Shown: one piece after another, positions 33,309-36,078 of the stretch | How positions within the stretch are numbered: position 1 is the first letter of the stretch | How the letters are laid out: the number at the start of each line of letters is the position of its first letter | Virus record (IMG/VR): IMGVR_UViG_3300028712_000007 | Location: 1-36,078 of that record | Direction: 5' to 3' (one strand) | DNA: 36,078 bases | Source: a virus | Taxonomy: Duplodnaviria; Caudoviricetes | Program-made: the position numbers and the translations under genes | The notes under the pieces: generated by a model | The model's input: the letters and a program-made list of their open reading frames with translations, nothing else | What the model was told of the DNA's origin: nothing | The model's database searches: none

Positions 33309-33481
33309 TTCACCGCACTCCGGTTCCACCCGGCCTGAATCTGATTCCATGCTCGCTCCAAGGAGTTTCGTTCCTGCTTCGTGCCGGGGCGGTCGAGTTT
33401 GTCGAGCCGCTTCCGAATCGTCTGCGATAGGGCGCGGTACTGCGGTCCTGAGAGCCGGATCGTGAACTCTCGTTCGCTCAT
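33305..33481 (-). CDS. Hypothetical protein, paralog of 23106-23315
   Basis: FTIRLSGPQYRAL...ERNSLERAWNQI. Confidence 0.6.
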   Translation of the reverse strand: MSEREFTIRLSGPQYRALSQTIRKRLDKLDRPGTKQERNSLERAWNQIQAGWNRSAVK

Positions 33482-33488
33482 CGTCACG

Positions 33489-33845
33489 TCAGTACTCACC
33501 CCTGCCTGCGGCACCGTACATCGACATCACGAGTTTGCCCACCGTCTGGTAGGCCGACAAGGTCAGTTCAGCGGCCTTCGCCTTCCGCTCGGCGTACTTG
33601 AACGCGACCTCCGCGATGTCGAGCGCTTCCTTCTCGCCCTGGCACGCGAGCACCGCCAGGAACTTCCGCTCCTGCACCGGCCCGGTGGCGCGCATGTACG
33701 CCGACGCCTCGGCCACGTCGTAGATGCGCTGTGCGTCGCGGTAGGCCGAGAGCCGCTGGCTGACCACATCGACGCCCACGGCGACGGTGTTCGCCGCCTC
33801 CCGAATCGCCTGCTCGACTTCGACCGGGTTCAGAACCTCGCTCAC
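33489..33845 (-). CDS. Hypothetical helical protein of the recombination operon
   Basis: 118 aa, GTGA overlap with the ERF gene stop. Confidence 0.75.
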   Translation of the reverse strand: MSEVLNPVEVEQAIREAANTVAVGVDVVSQRLSAYRDAQRIYDVAEASAYMRATGPVQERKFLAVLACQGEKEALDIAEVAFKYAERKAKAAELTLSAYQTVGKLVMSMYGAAGRGEY

Positions 33846-34633
33846 GGGGTGTCCTCGGGGCTTGCCGGGCCTCCTGCCGATGCGGCCTCCTGCGCGGCGA
33901 CCTCGGCCTCATGCGCGGCGACTGCGGCGGCTTCGGCTTCCTCTGCCGTGGGCGGGAAGGACTTGCCGAGCGTGATGAGGTACTGGCCGAACTCCACGCT
34001 GTCAATCTCGCCGGTGTCCGGGTTCGGCACGCCGACGACGAGGGCCAGGTGCCCTGCGGCCTTGGCCTTGCGGAACATCGCGAGCGTCGCATCCTTCGTG
34101 GTCAGCGCCGCCAGGTCGTACAGCCCGGCAGGGAGCGGGTCGGCCTGCCGGGGAACCGGCGTGCCGCCGTTGGGCGCGGCCTGCCGGTTCGGGTCCGACC
34201 CGGCGCGTGCGCCCTCGCCGTCGTTGTCGTCGCCGCCCGGCGCTACGCCGGTGACGGCCAGGAGCGTGTAGCGGCGGGCGTAGGTGATGGACGAGCCGAG
34301 CGATTGCCAGTCCTGCCCGGCGCGGCCCACCGGCACCGATCCCGACAGCGATGTGTCGCTCGCGCCGTGCATCAGTTCCCACTTGAGGACGATGGCCCCG
34401 TTCTCGGCGGTGTCGATGGCTGTCGTCCAGGCCAGGCCGACGCGGGCCAGGCTCGGGAGCACCGCTTCGGACACATCGGTCAGGTCGGCGTAGTCGTAGG
34501 AGTAGCCGGTCTTGCCCTCCTTGCCGGGGATGCGGGCTGTCTGGCCCTTGGCGACGGTGGGCAGGGTTGCCTGGAACCCGGCGAGCGCATCGGCGAGGGT
34601 GTCGTACTTCTCGGGGGCAGGGTTGTCGGTCAT
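33842..34633 (-). CDS. erf: ERF-family ssDNA annealing protein
   Basis: YDYADLTDV...QSLGSSITYARRYTLLAVTGVA...DDNDG ERF signature. Confidence 0.9.
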   Translation of the reverse strand: MTDNPAPEKYDTLADALAGFQATLPTVAKGQTARIPGKEGKTGYSYDYADLTDVSEAVLPSLARVGLAWTTAIDTAENGAIVLKWELMHGASDTSLSGSVPVGRAGQDWQSLGSSITYARRYTLLAVTGVAPGGDDNDGEGARAGSDPNRQAAPNGGTPVPRQADPLPAGLYDLAALTTKDATLAMFRKAKAAGHLALVVGVPNPDTGEIDSVEFGQYLITLGKSFPPTAEEAEAAAVAAHEAEVAAQEAASAGGPASPEDTP

Positions 34634-34687
34634 GGAGTGCCTTTCGTGTTGTGCGGTTGTGGCGATGAACTCAGGTTAGTGCGGGGG

Positions 34688-35761
34688 TCATACATCGCGC
34701 GGCTTCACGTACAAGCCCTGCTTGGAGTACGGCTCGGCGTGGGTGTGCTTCTCGCGCAGGGCTTCGTAGCGCTCGATCAGTTGCCGGTCGCGGGCGAGTC
34801 GGCGCATCCCCTCCTCGTCCACGACGTGGCGAACCCCGTGCGTGGTGCTGACGGTAACCTGCGCGAATCCTGCGTCGATGCTGAGGTCCGGCCCGCCGAC
34901 GTAGTGCGCCACGAGTGCGTCCCACGCCTTCTTCTTCGCGGCGGTGGCGACAGCCTCGGCGTCGCGGGCGGCGAGCAACTGCGCAACCAGCATCGCCTCC
35001 TCGGTGGGGAGGTCGCTTGCCGGGGGCATGTCGTCCAGGCCCAGCCGTGCCGCGTCAATCTCAGCGAGGGCGCGCACCGACAGGTCGTTCACGAGGTAGT
35101 CGATGTGCTCCTGGTCGCGGGGAATCCAGCACCACTGCGGCGGGCCGGTGGGGGAGAAGTGCCCTGTCTCCGGGTCCACCTTGCTCTCGTGCTGTTCCCA
35201 GACGAACAGCGTCACGGTGGCGTTCATCACGTACATCTGCCACTGCATCTGCGTGTAGTAGTTCGTCTTGTCGAACGCACTGCCGCGCGTGATGCGGAGC
35301 AGGTACTTCGCGCCGTCGAGCGGCCCCGGCGTCAGGTCATCCACGGTGGTCTTTATCTCGGCCAGCGCCGCGTCGCCGGTGCCCACGATGAGCGCGCCGG
35401 TGAACGGGTCCAGGCTGACGCCGTCCGGCGAGGCCAGGTGCCGGGGGTTGTCGCCGTGGCTGTAGACGTAGCCGCACGGGCTGATGCCGAAGTTGTCCTC
35501 GACCCATTGCATGATGATCGGCTCGCGGTGGATGCCGTGCTCGTAGTAGCGATTGCTCGCCGCCTCGCCCACGTCCCACTCGCCGGTCACCTTCTCGGTG
35601 ATGATGGCCCGGCGTTTGGACCCCTGCCCCCAGTCGCGGGCATCGGTCGCGGTGAAGCCGCCCCTGCGCTGTTCGAGCCACGCGGCCCGCTTCTCGGGAA
35701 CGGAACGGTCGTTCTCCGCGCCACGCTTCGGCACGGTGTTGGAGAGGATTGCAGTGCTCAT
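34688..35761 (-). CDS. YqaJ/lambda-type exonuclease
   Basis: WLEQRRGGFTAT...HGIHREP...LASPDG...EIKT...YYTQMQWQMYV. Confidence 0.9.
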   Translation of the reverse strand: MSTAILSNTVPKRGAENDRSVPEKRAAWLEQRRGGFTATDARDWGQGSKRRAIITEKVTGEWDVGEAASNRYYEHGIHREPIIMQWVEDNFGISPCGYVYSHGDNPRHLASPDGVSLDPFTGALIVGTGDAALAEIKTTVDDLTPGPLDGAKYLLRITRGSAFDKTNYYTQMQWQMYVMNATVTLFVWEQHESKVDPETGHFSPTGPPQWCWIPRDQEHIDYLVNDLSVRALAEIDAARLGLDDMPPASDLPTEEAMLVAQLLAARDAEAVATAAKKKAWDALVAHYVGGPDLSIDAGFAQVTVSTTHGVRHVVDEEGMRRLARDRQLIERYEALREKHTHAEPYSKQGLYVKPRDV

Positions 35762-36078
35762 GTGTGTTGCCCTTCGGTGTCCGGTTCGGCTAACCCAACG
35801 CTACCCGGGGGCACATACACTGCCTGCGCAACCGGCACCGCCCGGAGCAGGCCGATGAAGTCGGACAGCCGCAGGGTGACGTACTGATCCGCCGCCTGCC
35901 CGTAGCCCCGGCGCTTGTGGGCGACGACGCCGAGCAGGGCCTTATCGTTCTCAGCCTCAACCACGGCCTCCTTGAGCCACTGGCCTAACTCCATGCGCGC
36001 CGCGTTCTTGCACTCGACCACGATGCGGTGCGGGCCGAGCCTGACGCCGCCGACATCGCCCTTGTCGAACCGGCCTGT
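35758..36078 (-). CDS. Holliday junction resolvase (PD-(D/E)xK type), 5'-truncated by the window edge
   Basis: DKGDVGGV...IVVECKN...W..EA..EA.N...VVAHKRRG. Confidence 0.75.
   Translation of the reverse strand, partial: TGRFDKGDVGGVRLGPHRIVVECKNAARMELGQWLKEAVVEAENDKALLGVVAHKRRGYGQAADQYVTLRLSDFIGLLRAVPVAQAVYVPPGSVGLAEPDTEGQHT

Noticed and set aside
33911-35887. Long + strand ORFs (658 aa here; also 9033-10616, 13654-15114, 1341-2789, 70-885)
   Set aside because: These are antisense shadows of well-supported minus-strand genes in GC-rich DNA, with no recognisable motifs or RBS.
1-36078. tRNA, rRNA, integrase/att site or transposase
   Set aside because: No cloverleaf or T-loop motif and no recombinase or transposase motifs were recognised; lifestyle cannot be determined from this window.

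Overview
A 36-kb segment of a GC-rich tailed actinobacteriophage, most likely a Microbacterium-type siphovirus. Essentially all genes are on the minus strand. Read from high to low coordinates it contains: (1) a recombination/replication block with a Holliday junction resolvase (5'-truncated), YqaJ-type exonuclease, ERF annealase, HNH nuclease, HTH replication initiator with internal AT-rich iterons, DUF932 protein and SSB; (2) many small accessory genes, including ADP-ribosyltransferase-like and transglutaminase-like ORFs; (3) a packaging block in which ParB-like, TET/JBP-type 2OG-Fe(II) dioxygenase and P-loop kinase genes sit between terS and terL; (4) portal, then a MuF head protein fused to a papain-fold toxin domain with a coupled small immunity-like ORF; (5) a ~6-kb island of small genes; (6) capsid maturation protease and the start of the major capsid protein. 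The non-coding DNA is the most striking part. Nine copies of a composite promoter element occur (CCTAA-N6-TTAGG palindrome, TGn-TA(A/G)ACT -10, AGCCAAACC leader, GAAAGGC RBS). A triple hairpin after ssb has loops antisense to both conserved leader elements. There is also a perfect chromosomal-type parS site and a tandem pair of DnaA boxes. No tRNA, rRNA, CRISPR array or integrase was seen. All functional calls come from motif recognition by eye; no database search was run.
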